From Phycisphaerae bacterium (GTDB taxonomy: Bacteria > Planctomycetota > Phycisphaerae > UBA1845): DNA of 64,000 nucleotides. The notes beneath the pieces were generated by a model. That model did not search any database, was not told where the DNA came from, and saw only the letters and a list, made by a program, of their open reading frames with translations. How positions within the stretch are numbered: the first letter of the stretch is position 1; each line of letters opens with the position of its first letter. The translations under genes and the position numbers were made by a program. Shown piece after piece: positions 42,585 to 52,268 of the stretch. The stretch lies in NCBI GenBank assembly GCA_963666835.2, contig CAXXGO010000006.1, positions 192,001 to 256,000 of the forward strand, in the 5' to 3' direction.

Positions 42585-43544
42585 TCAGCCGGCTTGGACG
42601 AACAGCAGGGCCGAGCCGGCTACGGCCACGACTGCTCCGACGGCGGCGCGAAGGCTGATGCGCTCCTTCTCGACCCAAACGGCAAACGGCAGGATGAAGA
42701 CCGGCGTCAGCGAACAAAGAGTCTGAGCGATGCCCAGCTCGGTCAGATCCGACGCCACCAAGGACATCCACACTCCCAGATACGGCCCGAAGAAAGCGCC
42801 GCAGAGAGTGAGCACATAGCCTGCGCTGCGCGAACCGATCCTCTCGGGAAGAACTCCCGCCGCCCGCCGGCGTCGCCCGCGCTGGTGATGCAACAGCACG
42901 ATCGGGAACATCCCCAAACCGGCGAAGACCATGCGGATCAACGTGGCGGCCTGTGCCGTCAGGTGCTCATCCTCCGGCAGCCAGCCGTGGCCGATCCCCT
43001 GCTTGCTGAGCAGAAGACCGCCGGCCTGGCACGCCGCGGCCACGAGAGCCAAGACGATCCCCCGAGCGTGGTGAACCGACCTGGGGCGGTCCCGTCGGCG
43101 AGGCCTCTCCAGGACCACCCACGAGACCCCGCCGATGGTCAATCCGACCCCCAACCACGCGCCGCCGTGCAGTGTTTCACCGAGCGCCAGCCAGCCGAAC
43201 AACGCCGCCCAGAGCGGAGAGGTGGCCATGACAAGCATGCACAGCCGAGGCCCGAGATCCACAAACGCAACGAACAAGGCTTGATCACCCAGAGCCAGAC
43301 CTACGATGCCGGACAGGGCCAAGAACATCACCTGGCCCGCCACGGCCGGCGGTATCCAACTGCCGCTGATGATCCGGAACGTCACGGCCAGAAAGACTAT
43401 AGCCAGGCCGATTCGCAACGTGTTCACGAACGTCGGCCCCAGACGCCGCCCGGCGCTCGTAAAGCACAAGGCCGTTCCCGTCCAAAGAAGGGATGTCGTA
43501 ACACCCGCGGCCGGGCCTGCGTATATTCCGAGGTTATCCAACAT
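42585..43544 (-). CDS. DMT/EamA family transporter
   Basis: About 10 TM segments in two repeats; LSGIVGLALGD, PVFILP...EKERIS. Confidence 0.9.
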   Translation of the reverse strand: MLDNLGIYAGPAAGVTTSLLWTGTALCFTSAGRRLGPTFVNTLRIGLAIVFLAVTFRIISGSWIPPAVAGQVMFLALSGIVGLALGDQALFVAFVDLGPRLCMLVMATSPLWAALFGWLALGETLHGGAWLGVGLTIGGVSWVVLERPRRRDRPRSVHHARGIVLALVAAACQAGGLLLSKQGIGHGWLPEDEHLTAQAATLIRMVFAGLGMFPIVLLHHQRGRRRRAAGVLPERIGSRSAGYVLTLCGAFFGPYLGVWMSLVASDLTELGIAQTLCSLTPVFILPFAVWVEKERISLRAAVGAVVAVAGSALLFVQAG

Positions 43545-43749
43545 GGGCGCGGGTATTGTACGAGCGGGCCAACCCGCGACCAGCGGTCTCGAAGCAGAAC
43601 GGATGTCGGAAGTTGCGCGGCTTGACGGGCGGCATGCCCCACGCTAGCGTGGGCATGGCCCGGTTCGTTGTGTCGCCCGCATGCCTTGTGGGCGCTCAAC
43701 ATGGCCACGCAAGCGTGGACCATGGCGCCCGGCACCCGGCGACGCAGCA

Positions 43750-45513
43750 CTACGGAGTACTCGGCGCGTCGGCCTCCGCAGTTTCCACTGGTGACAGCAC
43801 GCGGGTGGCGGCGTCGCGCACGAGCACAGCCAGGGTGTCGTCCGATTCGGCACCGGCCAGCGGCTGCAGAATCTCGATCGCCTGTCGCGGCTCCCCGGTT
43901 GCGTACCGCAGATAGCCTAGCAAGAACGCCAAACCCGGGTTATCGGGGTGCTCGGCCACCTGTACGCTCAGGCCGGCCATGTGCGTCGCCAGCACGTCGG
44001 CGTTCGCGTAGATCGGCCGCAAGTCGATCGGGTTGTCGATTAGCTCGGGAGCCTCGAGCAACGCCGCCCGCAGGGCGCTGACCGCGATCTCATAATCACC
44101 CGTGGCGAAATTGCCCAGGCAATAGAACAGCTTGGCGAACCCGTCATCGTTATCAGCCAGCATCGCCCGAGCGTAGAGTTGCCGGGCGTCTTCGAACAGG
44201 CCCGCTGCAAACGCGTCGTTGCCCTGCCCGACTAGCGCGGGAGCCTCGGATTCCTGCTCGGCCTCGGTCGGGACGCCTTCGGGTTCAGGCGTGCCGACGT
44301 CCGGCTCGACCACCGTGGTTCCGGCGGGTTCGACGTACTCGGTCGTCGGTTGGATGACCGTTGTTGCTCCGGTGACAGGGGCGGAGGACTCCGATATTGG
44401 TGTGCCGGTATCGGGAATCGTCGTGTAGTAGGTTTCAGAGACCGTCGGCGTACCCACCACCACCGTATCCGCGTAGACCGCGTCGGCATCGTAGACCCGC
44501 GTCACCACCGGATCGCTATCGTAGATGGTGATCGAGGTATGGAAGTCATCTCGATCGTAGAGGCGACGGTAGTACGAAGGGCTATAGACCACGTAGTCCA
44601 GGTCGTAGCAACGCGGGAAGCGGCGGTAGTAGCGACGGTACGGCCTCGCCCAGTAGGGGCGGTGACCGTGCGGTCTGTCGTAGCAGCGCGAGTACGATGG
44701 TCCAGCGTAGCTCGACGAGCGCGGATAGCCTGGCCGGATCCGTGACTGATTCCCCCAATACAAAGCTCCGTAGTTGGACGGACCGTGCCGGCCGGGGCGG
44801 TACTCGCCTGGGGTCGGGCGGAATAGACTCCCGCCGATCGTGCTACGGCGTGCATAAGTGGGGGTAGAGCCGTAGGCTCGAGCCTTGCGGCGTGGAGTTG
44901 TGGCCGGCGATGCGCGTCGAGCCCTTTGCACCGGCGCGTGGGAGAACGACCGGTCGGACGTATCTGTGCTGCGGGTCACGTACTTCGTCGAGCGTTGCTC
45001 CGATCCGCGAGGGCTAGACGAGGACCGTATGTACGGGCGGTACGAGCCGGCCGACGATGCCGGAGTTTGCGTGACCCCGGACGACCGGCTCGGTGTTGCC
45101 TTTGTTGTCCGAGCCACCGAGGTTGAAAACCTCGAGGAAGGACTCGGCGCGATCGATCCGCGACGGACCCGAGCTGTGCCCTTACTTCCGCGCTTTGACG
45201 ATGACGAAGCCGTAGCCTGCCTCGGGCTCTGTCTAGTGCCTGTTTGGCTCGGTCTGGACTTCGCCCTACTCGAAGGACGCGACGACGATCGCGAGGCCGA
45301 GCTTCTCGACTTCGAGCGGTTACCTCCGGATTTCGATCGAGAAGCGGTGGAGGCAGACCGCCCGCTTCGAGCGCGCGAGCCTGAGCTTCCAGATGTTGCC
45401 CTGGACTTGGATCGCTTCGGGGGACCGGCCTGCAGAACCTGTGCTTCCGCGGCCACAACGACAAAGGCGACCAACGCCGATAGGAGCGTCCGTCCGCGAA
45501 TCAGTGAACGCAT
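43750..45513 (-). CDS. Exported protein with Ser/Arg-rich disordered region, Tyr/Arg-rich segment and C-terminal TPR domain
   Basis: Signal peptide, low-complexity N-half, GNDAFAAG...FATGDY...FLLGYL TPR-like helices. AGGAGG RBS. Confidence 0.8.
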   Translation of the reverse strand: MRSLIRGRTLLSALVAFVVVAAEAQVLQAGPPKRSKSRATSGSSGSRARSGRSASTASRSKSGGNRSKSRSSASRSSSRPSSRAKSRPSQTGTRQSPRQATASSSSKRGSKGTARVRRGSIAPSPSSRFSTSVARTTKATPSRSSGVTQTPASSAGSYRPYIRSSSSPRGSEQRSTKYVTRSTDTSDRSFSHAPVQRARRASPATTPRRKARAYGSTPTYARRSTIGGSLFRPTPGEYRPGRHGPSNYGALYWGNQSRIRPGYPRSSSYAGPSYSRCYDRPHGHRPYWARPYRRYYRRFPRCYDLDYVVYSPSYYRRLYDRDDFHTSITIYDSDPVVTRVYDADAVYADTVVVGTPTVSETYYTTIPDTGTPISESSAPVTGATTVIQPTTEYVEPAGTTVVEPDVGTPEPEGVPTEAEQESEAPALVGQGNDAFAAGLFEDARQLYARAMLADNDDGFAKLFYCLGNFATGDYEIAVSALRAALLEAPELIDNPIDLRPIYANADVLATHMAGLSVQVAEHPDNPGLAFLLGYLRYATGEPRQAIEILQPLAGAESDDTLAVLVRDAATRVLSPVETAEADAPSTP

Positions 45514-45666
45514 GGCTCGTCCTCCTACTCTAGCCCCAGGCTATCTTCACATGCAAAAAACACCATCAGAGAATAGTACTCATCTGTTAAATAATAACAC
45601 GTCTTCACGAGTCACGCAAGGGAAATCTGATGCTGTACGCAAGTTTGCACTGGGAACCGGCCGGGA

Positions 45667-46407
45667 TCACCCTGCTATCGCCGAGCCTGCCTCCGTATGC
45701 CCATTACGTAAGAGTGGGGCCAGTTCGCCTAATGAAGACAGAGTAAAGTCCGGCTTGCAAGTGCCGATGTCGTGGATACGGTCTTCTCGGCAGATCCAGG
45801 CAGTAGTAATCCCCAATCCGGCGGCCCCGCCGATGTCGGCGTGCAGCGAGTCCCCGACATGGATGGCGCGGTCCGGCTCTATCCCCAATGCGTTGAGCCC
45901 CTGCTCGAAGATGGCCCGGTTCGGTTTGTAGCTGCGGGCATCTTCCGATGAAACGACCGCATCGAACCGGAGGCCGTGCTTCTGGATGGCTTCGAGCAAC
46001 GGCACGGTATCGGCGTTGGAAAGGCAGCAGATCGGCAGGTCGTTCGTTCTGATGAACTCCAACGCGTCGGCGAAGACAGGGGGGTCGGTCCAGTACTCGG
46101 CAAGCTGGGCGACAAACGGGTCCGGATCGGAATGCCGCTGGTGTCCATCAAGGGTTTCTACTAGGCTGACGCGCACGCATTCGTACAGATTACGGAAGGA
46201 GTCGTGGTTGCTCCGGTCGACTACGGCGAAGAAGCACTCCCCCCAGGTGACGGCCAGCTCGGGCGCTCCGATGGGCAAGTCGCAGGTCTGGACGACATCG
46301 CGGCAGACCGCTTCCACGGCCTCCCGGTCACCCGCACAGATCGTGCCGTAGAAGTCGATGAGTATTCCGTCGAACCGCCGTTCGGTCACGCGAGCCGTCT
46401 CCGTCAC
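45667..46407 (-). CDS. HAD-family hydrolase
   Basis: DFYGT, LSNAD, YKP, HVGDS...DI.GA. Confidence 0.92.
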   Translation of the reverse strand: MTETARVTERRFDGILIDFYGTICAGDREAVEAVCRDVVQTCDLPIGAPELAVTWGECFFAVVDRSNHDSFRNLYECVRVSLVETLDGHQRHSDPDPFVAQLAEYWTDPPVFADALEFIRTNDLPICCLSNADTVPLLEAIQKHGLRFDAVVSSEDARSYKPNRAIFEQGLNALGIEPDRAIHVGDSLHADIGGAAGLGITTAWICREDRIHDIGTCKPDFTLSSLGELAPLLRNGHTEAGSAIAG

Positions 46408-47198
46408 CCACGCCGCGCGGCCCCCTTCCGCTTCCCCCTGGAGCGGACCGGTCCGCTCATCCGGCGCGCGGGATTATCCTACCGGCAGCCAGTGCTTCCG
46501 CAAAGCTCCACGATGCGGGACCGCTATTACGCTGAGGGTTTCGACTACTTGGGGAATACGGCCGGGGCAATAAGCATGTCGGCCCGGTAAAAAAGGCGTG
46601 CGGCACCCCGATTAATATTGGCGCGGTCAAAGGGTGCCGCAGCGAGTGGAAGCTCTGATTGTCGGAACGCAACTTCCGGCGAAAACTGCCGACCCTCGCG
46701 TCCATTATCTAGTATATCGGCTCATTCCCGACAATCAAGCAGCTATCGAGAAGATTCCCTTAGGTACAGCCCTGGGCGGACTACATGCCGGTTTCGTCCG
46801 AGAAGATCGGTCTGTGGCTGCAGTGTTTGCGAGGGTCCGGCGATGAGCGAGCCGGGGCAACGTTGCGGCTCGCCGCCCTTTCAGAGATGCGATAGGTGGG
46901 CGGCGTCTTCGGCAGTGCATCACGGCGGCCGAAGTTGTCCGATAACCGGCCCGGCGTCCTCCGAGAAAGAACGTCCGATGCGAGTGCCCCGTCCATTCCG
47001 CCGGGTGCCCCTTCATTCCGGCGCTTGCTGAGCCGCGGCAAGCACGTTGACTCTCCGCCGGAATTGGTGGGGGACGGACGCTCGTAGCGCAGACATCCTT
47101 GTCTGCATCTTCAAACGTGCTGCTAATCTGCGGCCCGTTCGGCAGGCTGGAAACCCGCGTTACTGGGTAAACCCTTCGCAGAGGGGCGCGGGTCGGAG

Positions 47199-47864
47199 TC
47201 AGGCCGTGATGATCCCTTCCCTGACGGCAAACCGGCAGAGATCGACCCGGTCGTGCAGATCCAGTTTGTTCATGATCTTGGCCTTCTGATTGTCCACGGT
47301 CTTGGCACTGAGCCGCAGTAACCGGGCGATGTCTTTCACCGACATCCCAAGTGACAGATGGCGCGTGATCTGCAATTCCCGCGTGCTGAGCGTGGCCAGT
47401 CGCGAGACCTTCTCGATCCGTTTCTTATCGCGAGACAGACGCGAGATTATCCGAGAGGCGACCGTTCGGCAGAAGAACCGGCGTCCGCGTGCCACGTTGC
47501 GGACCCCCTCCAGAACCGAGTCCACGCTTGCCGTTCGATCCGCGTAGCCCCACAGATGAGTACGAAAGACGGCATCGATATCCCGATCGCGCTCGGTTGC
47601 GCTGAAGATCACGACTCGGGGCTTCCGGCCGCGGGACTGCATCTCCGCAGCTTCATCGATCGTGCCGCCGTCGAGCAGCCCGATGTCGAGCAGAACGATG
47701 TGGGGATCAAGTTCGTCAATCAGGCGAAGGGCTGTGGCGGTGTCGCCGGCGGTACCCACCACTTCCACGCCCTCGCGTTTGGTGAGCAGATCACCGAGTC
47801 CTTCGCGGACTATGGGATAGGCGTGAACCAGCAAGACGCGGATCACGTCGGTCGAGAGCCCCAT
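47199..47864 (-). CDS. NarL/LuxR-family response regulator (orphan)
   Basis: Receiver IVLLDI; HTH LSTRE...G.SVKDIA..L.LSAKTVDNQ. Confidence 0.9.
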   Translation of the reverse strand: MGLSTDVIRVLLVHAYPIVREGLGDLLTKREGVEVVGTAGDTATALRLIDELDPHIVLLDIGLLDGGTIDEAAEMQSRGRKPRVVIFSATERDRDIDAVFRTHLWGYADRTASVDSVLEGVRNVARGRRFFCRTVASRIISRLSRDKKRIEKVSRLATLSTRELQITRHLSLGMSVKDIARLLRLSAKTVDNQKAKIMNKLDLHDRVDLCRFAVREGIITA

Positions 47865-48258
47865 CCGGATCGCCCTTCCAACAACATGTAATCCCGGCGT
47901 TGAACTACCGTCGACGCCGCAGAATGTGCCTTCAACCCCGACCGACATGCGGCAGCCCGCCAGGAAGACTGACCGGCCGCCTTTGGCCCTCTCATCAGCA
48001 TGTGTCAGCCCACTTATCGGAAGTCCGCCACACGCTGTTTAGCGCAGGCCGCGTTTCTCCCGAAAAGCGACACGGAGCTGTCACAACGCGCCCCCGTATC
48101 GAACCTTTGCGCCCCGTCTCCCGGTCGAATACTCGGGTAATCCCGATAATACCGCGGCGCTTGCTCGGCGGGATTTGTACCTCCCGGCCGGAGGCCTGAA
48201 GTACGATATCCGATCATGAAGGCAGTTCACCGATGGGCCAGAGAGCGAGACTAAAAGC

Positions 48259-50295
48259 ATGAATCCGCTGAAGATCGGCAACGTAATCCGTGTGGAGAGC
48301 GGTCGCGTGCAGGTGGTAATCACCGCCGCGGAGATGAACCTGGTCCACGACGCCAAGACCTATCGAGTGGGTCAGCTCGGTACCTACATCACCATTCCGA
48401 TGAACGACCGGACCTTGGTCGGTTTCGTTGTGAACGCCGGCCGACAAGAGGTCACCATGGTGGACGTCGAGCCGCAGTTGATTATGGAGGCTCAGCTTCT
48501 GGGGGAGATCCGCGCCGGACGGTTCGTTCGAGGAGTCAACGAGTATCCCATCGTCGGCGACGACGTGTGGGTAGCGGTGCAGGCGGACTTCGAGGCCATC
48601 TTCGGCAGTTTCGATCAACTTCTGCGCGGTTCGAAGCACCCGCAGAGCTTCTCGCTCGGGCGTTTTGCGTTGAACCCGGACTTCGAGGTGAAGATCCTGG
48701 GAACCGAGATGTTCGCCAAGCACGTCGCCCTTATCGGCAACAGCGGCAGCGGCAAGAGCTGCACCACGGCCAAGGTTCTGCAGGAGGTTCTGGACCTCGA
48801 ACAAGCGCAAGTCGTGCTGTTCGACATGCACGGCGAGTACAAGACCGCCTTTTCCGACAGTGACGGGCAACTGAACGCCAACGTCACGTACTTGGACGTC
48901 GACGACCTCGTTCTGCCCTACTGGTTGCTCAAATACGACGAGTTCGACGCCATTTTCGTGGACCGCTCCAACCCGCTGTATATCAGTACGCAGATCTCCT
49001 TTCTTCGCACCGCTCTGTTGGAGTTCAAGCAGGACGCCGCCCGGCAGCTCGGGTTGAGCAAGACCCTGACTTTGGACACTCCGATTTACTTCTCGCTGGA
49101 ATCGCTCAAGACGTACGCAGAGAATCTAAACGAAGCCCGTTTTGTGCTGAATGACGACCATCTGGCATTTAGCCAGTTGGCCCTCCGCTCCATGGACCCG
49201 GAGGAACAGCAGTTGCTCATGCGCGAGAAGCGCTGCCAGTTCAATCGTGGTAACCCCGAGGGAGAGACCCCGCACCCGTTCTACTTCGGGAAGCTGTTGG
49301 GACTGATCGATCAGATCGACACCCGACTTCAGGACCGCCGCTACGAGTTCTTGCTCCGGCCGATCGAACACGGAATGAAATCCAAGTTCTTCCGCGGTCA
49401 ATTGCAGGGCGTGGAAAGTGCCGCGCGATCGTCATCTCTGATGAATCACCTGATCAAACTGCTGACCGGGCGGGTCGAGCCGCGCAGCAACATGACGATA
49501 ATTGATCTGTCCGGTATTCCCTTCGAGATCGTCGACGTTACCGTGGCCGTGCTCACCCGCCTGCTGTTCGATCTGAACTTCTGGACCCCCGCCCATCAGC
49601 GGCACCCGATGCTTCTGGTCTTCGAGGAAGCCCACAACTACATCCCCCGCATCGAGCGCGGCGGAACGACGTTCGCGAAAACCGCGGTCGAGCGCGTTGC
49701 CAAGGAAGGCCGTAAGTACGGCGTAAGTGCTATGGTCGTGTCACAACGACCTTCCGAGCTCTCGGAGACCGTTCTGGCTCAGTGCAACAGCTTCATTGCC
49801 ATGCGTCTGAGTAACCCGGAGGATCAGGAATATGTTGCCAAAGTCATCAGCGATCACTTCGCGAGTCTGATCCAGATGCTGCCGATTCTGCGACCGGGCG
49901 AGGCGTTCGTAATCGGCGACAGCGTCATCATGCCGATGCGTACTCTGGTGGATATCCCCTCGCCCACCCCGCAGAGTGCCAACATCGACTTCTTCAAACT
50001 CTGGACCGAGAGCGCTCCGGACTACGATATCGACAACATCATAGACCACTGGCGCCGGCAAGACCGAATCAACGTTACCGGGGAAGCGTCGGAGCCGGAG
50101 CCGGAGAAACCGGCCCCGGCGCGACCGAAACCCGCGGTTATTCCGCGACCGGGAGGTCCCATGCCTGTTCCCGCGGGGATGCCGGCCGGACCAGGCCCCG
50201 CGAAAGCGCCGGGTGCCCCGGCTCCGGTGGCAACGCCGCCCGATCCGCCCGCAGCGCACCCTCCGCCCCGCCGATCGCGGTGGTTGGCTAACTGA
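48259..50295 (+). CDS. HerA-like ATPase (HAS barrel + DUF87) with Pro-rich tail
   Basis: GNSGSGKS, FDMHGEY, FEEAHNY, AKEGRKYG, SQRPSE. Confidence 0.9.
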   Translation: MNPLKIGNVIRVESGRVQVVITAAEMNLVHDAKTYRVGQLGTYITIPMNDRTLVGFVVNAGRQEVTMVDVEPQLIMEAQLLGEIRAGRFVRGVNEYPIVGDDVWVAVQADFEAIFGSFDQLLRGSKHPQSFSLGRFALNPDFEVKILGTEMFAKHVALIGNSGSGKSCTTAKVLQEVLDLEQAQVVLFDMHGEYKTAFSDSDGQLNANVTYLDVDDLVLPYWLLKYDEFDAIFVDRSNPLYISTQISFLRTALLEFKQDAARQLGLSKTLTLDTPIYFSLESLKTYAENLNEARFVLNDDHLAFSQLALRSMDPEEQQLLMREKRCQFNRGNPEGETPHPFYFGKLLGLIDQIDTRLQDRRYEFLLRPIEHGMKSKFFRGQLQGVESAARSSSLMNHLIKLLTGRVEPRSNMTIIDLSGIPFEIVDVTVAVLTRLLFDLNFWTPAHQRHPMLLVFEEAHNYIPRIERGGTTFAKTAVERVAKEGRKYGVSAMVVSQRPSELSETVLAQCNSFIAMRLSNPEDQEYVAKVISDHFASLIQMLPILRPGEAFVIGDSVIMPMRTLVDIPSPTPQSANIDFFKLWTESAPDYDIDNIIDHWRRQDRINVTGEASEPEPEKPAPARPKPAVIPRPGGPMPVPAGMPAGPGPAKAPGAPAPVATPPDPPAAHPPPRRSRWLAN

Positions 50296-50371
50296 CGTTT
50301 CGCGTCTTCGGCTTTCGAGATAGAATGGACCGATCGAGACCGGGCGTGGGTTGCCGCGCGCCGGACCGGAT

Positions 50372-50812
50372 GGAGTGGGCGAAGGCGATCGCCCGCACGT
50401 CATCAGCACGCGCGGGAGGAAAGTCCGAACTGGACAGGGCCCGGTGATTGGTAACGCCAACCCGGCGTGAGCCGAGGGAAAGTGCCACAGAAAAGACACC
50501 GCCGATGTCGGGGCGTTGTGCCTCCGGGTGACAATGCCCCGGCAGGTAAGGGTGAAATGGTGCGGTAAGAGCGCACCGCGCGACCGGTGACGGTCGTGGC
50601 AGGGTAAACCCCACCGCCAGCAAGCCCAAATAGGCAGCGAGAGGCGGCCCGTCTCGTTGAGCGGGGATCTGCGTCGGCCGAAACCGGCCGAGCGATGACT
50701 CCGCTTTGAAGCTGCGGGTAGGGCGCTCGAGCCGGCGGGTGACCGTCGGCCTAGATAAATGATCGCCACGCCGCCTGTGCGGCGGACAGAATTCGGCTTA
50801 TCCGCCCACTCC
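50372..50812 (+). ncRNA. rnpB: RNase P RNA (type A)
   Basis: GAGGAAAGTCC, GAAAGTGCCACAGAAA, GGGTGAAA..GTGCGGTAAGAGCGCAC, GGTAAACCCC, AGATAAATGAT, ACAGAATTCGGCTTAT; P1 GGAGTGGGCG/CGCCCACTCC. Confidence 0.97.
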
Positions 50813-51457
50813 ATCCGATCCGGCGCGTTGCTCAGTCGGTCGGCTTTCTGACGATCCGATCTCGCCGGGTGGCTGGAAGTTGGTCCCGTAGACCTGACGC
50901 ACGATATCGGCGAATTCACCGGGAAGCGGATCGGCCGACGGCGAAGTCGGACCGCGGCGCTGGTCGGCGGGCGGCGGCTTGTCCACCCGAACGGCCGCTC
51001 GGCGGCTCTCCGCCAGGATCTTGGCCAGCGCCACCAGTTCGTCGGTGGGAATCTCCTGCTCATTTAGGGCCAGCCGCTCATACACCAGCCCTACCAGCAT
51101 CAGGTATGCCCGGTGATCCCACAGATCCGGGCTGCAGTCGGCCAGGTGGCCGAACATCCCTTCGAGTACGGCCGCAACCGACGCCTGCCGGCGGCGATGT
51201 CGGACCAAAACGCCGCCCGCCCGCGCCGCCGCACTTGCATTCTGCTCGAGGTCATTCACCCTGGCCGCTTGGTGGACCCGCGACAGGTAGTTGCGAAGTC
51301 GACGGCGGGTGATCCCATACCGGCCGGTCAGAGCAAGACGGGTGTCAAGCTCCTCTACAAGGGCGGCGTTCACGTCGTCAGCGGAACGGGCTGCCGATTC
51401 GAGCTCCCGGACGACCGTGGCGGGCAGGAGCCTCTGCAAAGGGGTCCGAGCGGCCAT
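50798..51457 (-). CDS. Putative Mu gp27-like (DUF3486, small-terminase-like) protein
   Basis: LLPATVVRELE, YGITRRRLRNY and C-terminal ADIVRQVYG resemble the DUF3486 pattern; TGATG-coupled to the upstream gene. Similarity judged by eye. Confidence 0.55.
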   Translation of the reverse strand: MAARTPLQRLLPATVVRELESAARSADDVNAALVEELDTRLALTGRYGITRRRLRNYLSRVHQAARVNDLEQNASAAARAGGVLVRHRRRQASVAAVLEGMFGHLADCSPDLWDHRAYLMLVGLVYERLALNEQEIPTDELVALAKILAESRRAAVRVDKPPPADQRRGPTSPSADPLPGEFADIVRQVYGTNFQPPGEIGSSESRPTEQRAGSDGVGG

Positions 51458-51774
51458 CACTCCTCCAACGCCGGATCGTGGATGCAGCGGTCGGCCAGCT
51501 CGATCCCCCGGGTCGACAGGCGGAACCATCGCCGGCGCCACGGGGTGAACCCGTTGCCGTTCTCACGCTCGGCCACAACCCGATCAACGTAGCCCTTGGC
51601 CATAAGGTAGTGGAGATCGCGCCGGGTATGGTCGAACTCCAACGTGGGGAAGATCACCAGCAGGCTGTGCATGATCTGCTCGGCCGTCAGTGCGGCCGGG
51701 TAGACCGTCCGTAGCGCAACGAGGATTTCGTTGCGAATCCGTTTGATCGCTCGTGCATCTCGGCCGTTTGCCAT
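51457..51774 (-). CDS. Putative Mu gp26-like winged-helix protein
   Basis: RNEILVAL..YP, RRDLHYL..KGYV, RLSTRGIELA...DP pattern typical of the small wHTH gene preceding DUF3486 in Mu-like phages. Confidence 0.6.
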   Translation of the reverse strand: MANGRDARAIKRIRNEILVALRTVYPAALTAEQIMHSLLVIFPTLEFDHTRRDLHYLMAKGYVDRVVAERENGNGFTPWRRRWFRLSTRGIELADRCIHDPALEE

Positions 51775-52268
51775 CGATTGCGATCCTCACTTTCGTTGCA
51801 ACATTACTTGCCCCAGCGAGGGCGGTGCGACGCCCTGCACCTCGTCCGTTCGTCGACTGTCCGAGTCGGACCCGGTTGCCTGAGCCCTCCAAGCGGCGAC
51901 AACCACCCCGCAGTGCTGCTGATCACAAGAACGCCCTCGGCGCACACCGCCGAATACGAGGTGAGGAATGCGCTCTCCGGCCTGCCCAACGGTGGATCTC
52001 GTGTTTTTTGTGGTGTTTCCTGCACGATGGTCGAGCTCATTCGCACTACAACACGGCCATACCGGTAGGCGCCTCGCCCGGATTGTGTCGGCCAATCGCC
52101 GAAAGCCCCGTTGCGGCATTCGATGTGTTGCACGAAGATAGGCCGTCGAGAGCACGCGTAGCCCGCCGGGAGCGGTGAATCCGTGTTCACAGCGGCCTGA
52201 AGGTTGTGCTCTGGTGTTTGTGAACCGGGCAGGAACAGGGATCCTGCCGGGCGGACCGCGGTAGGTAC

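Noticed and set aside
48259..50295. Sir2-HerA or NurA-HerA system call
   Set aside because: No partner gene on either side.
49741..51063. 440-aa minus-strand ORF
   Set aside because: Runs antisense across rnpB and herA; spurious.
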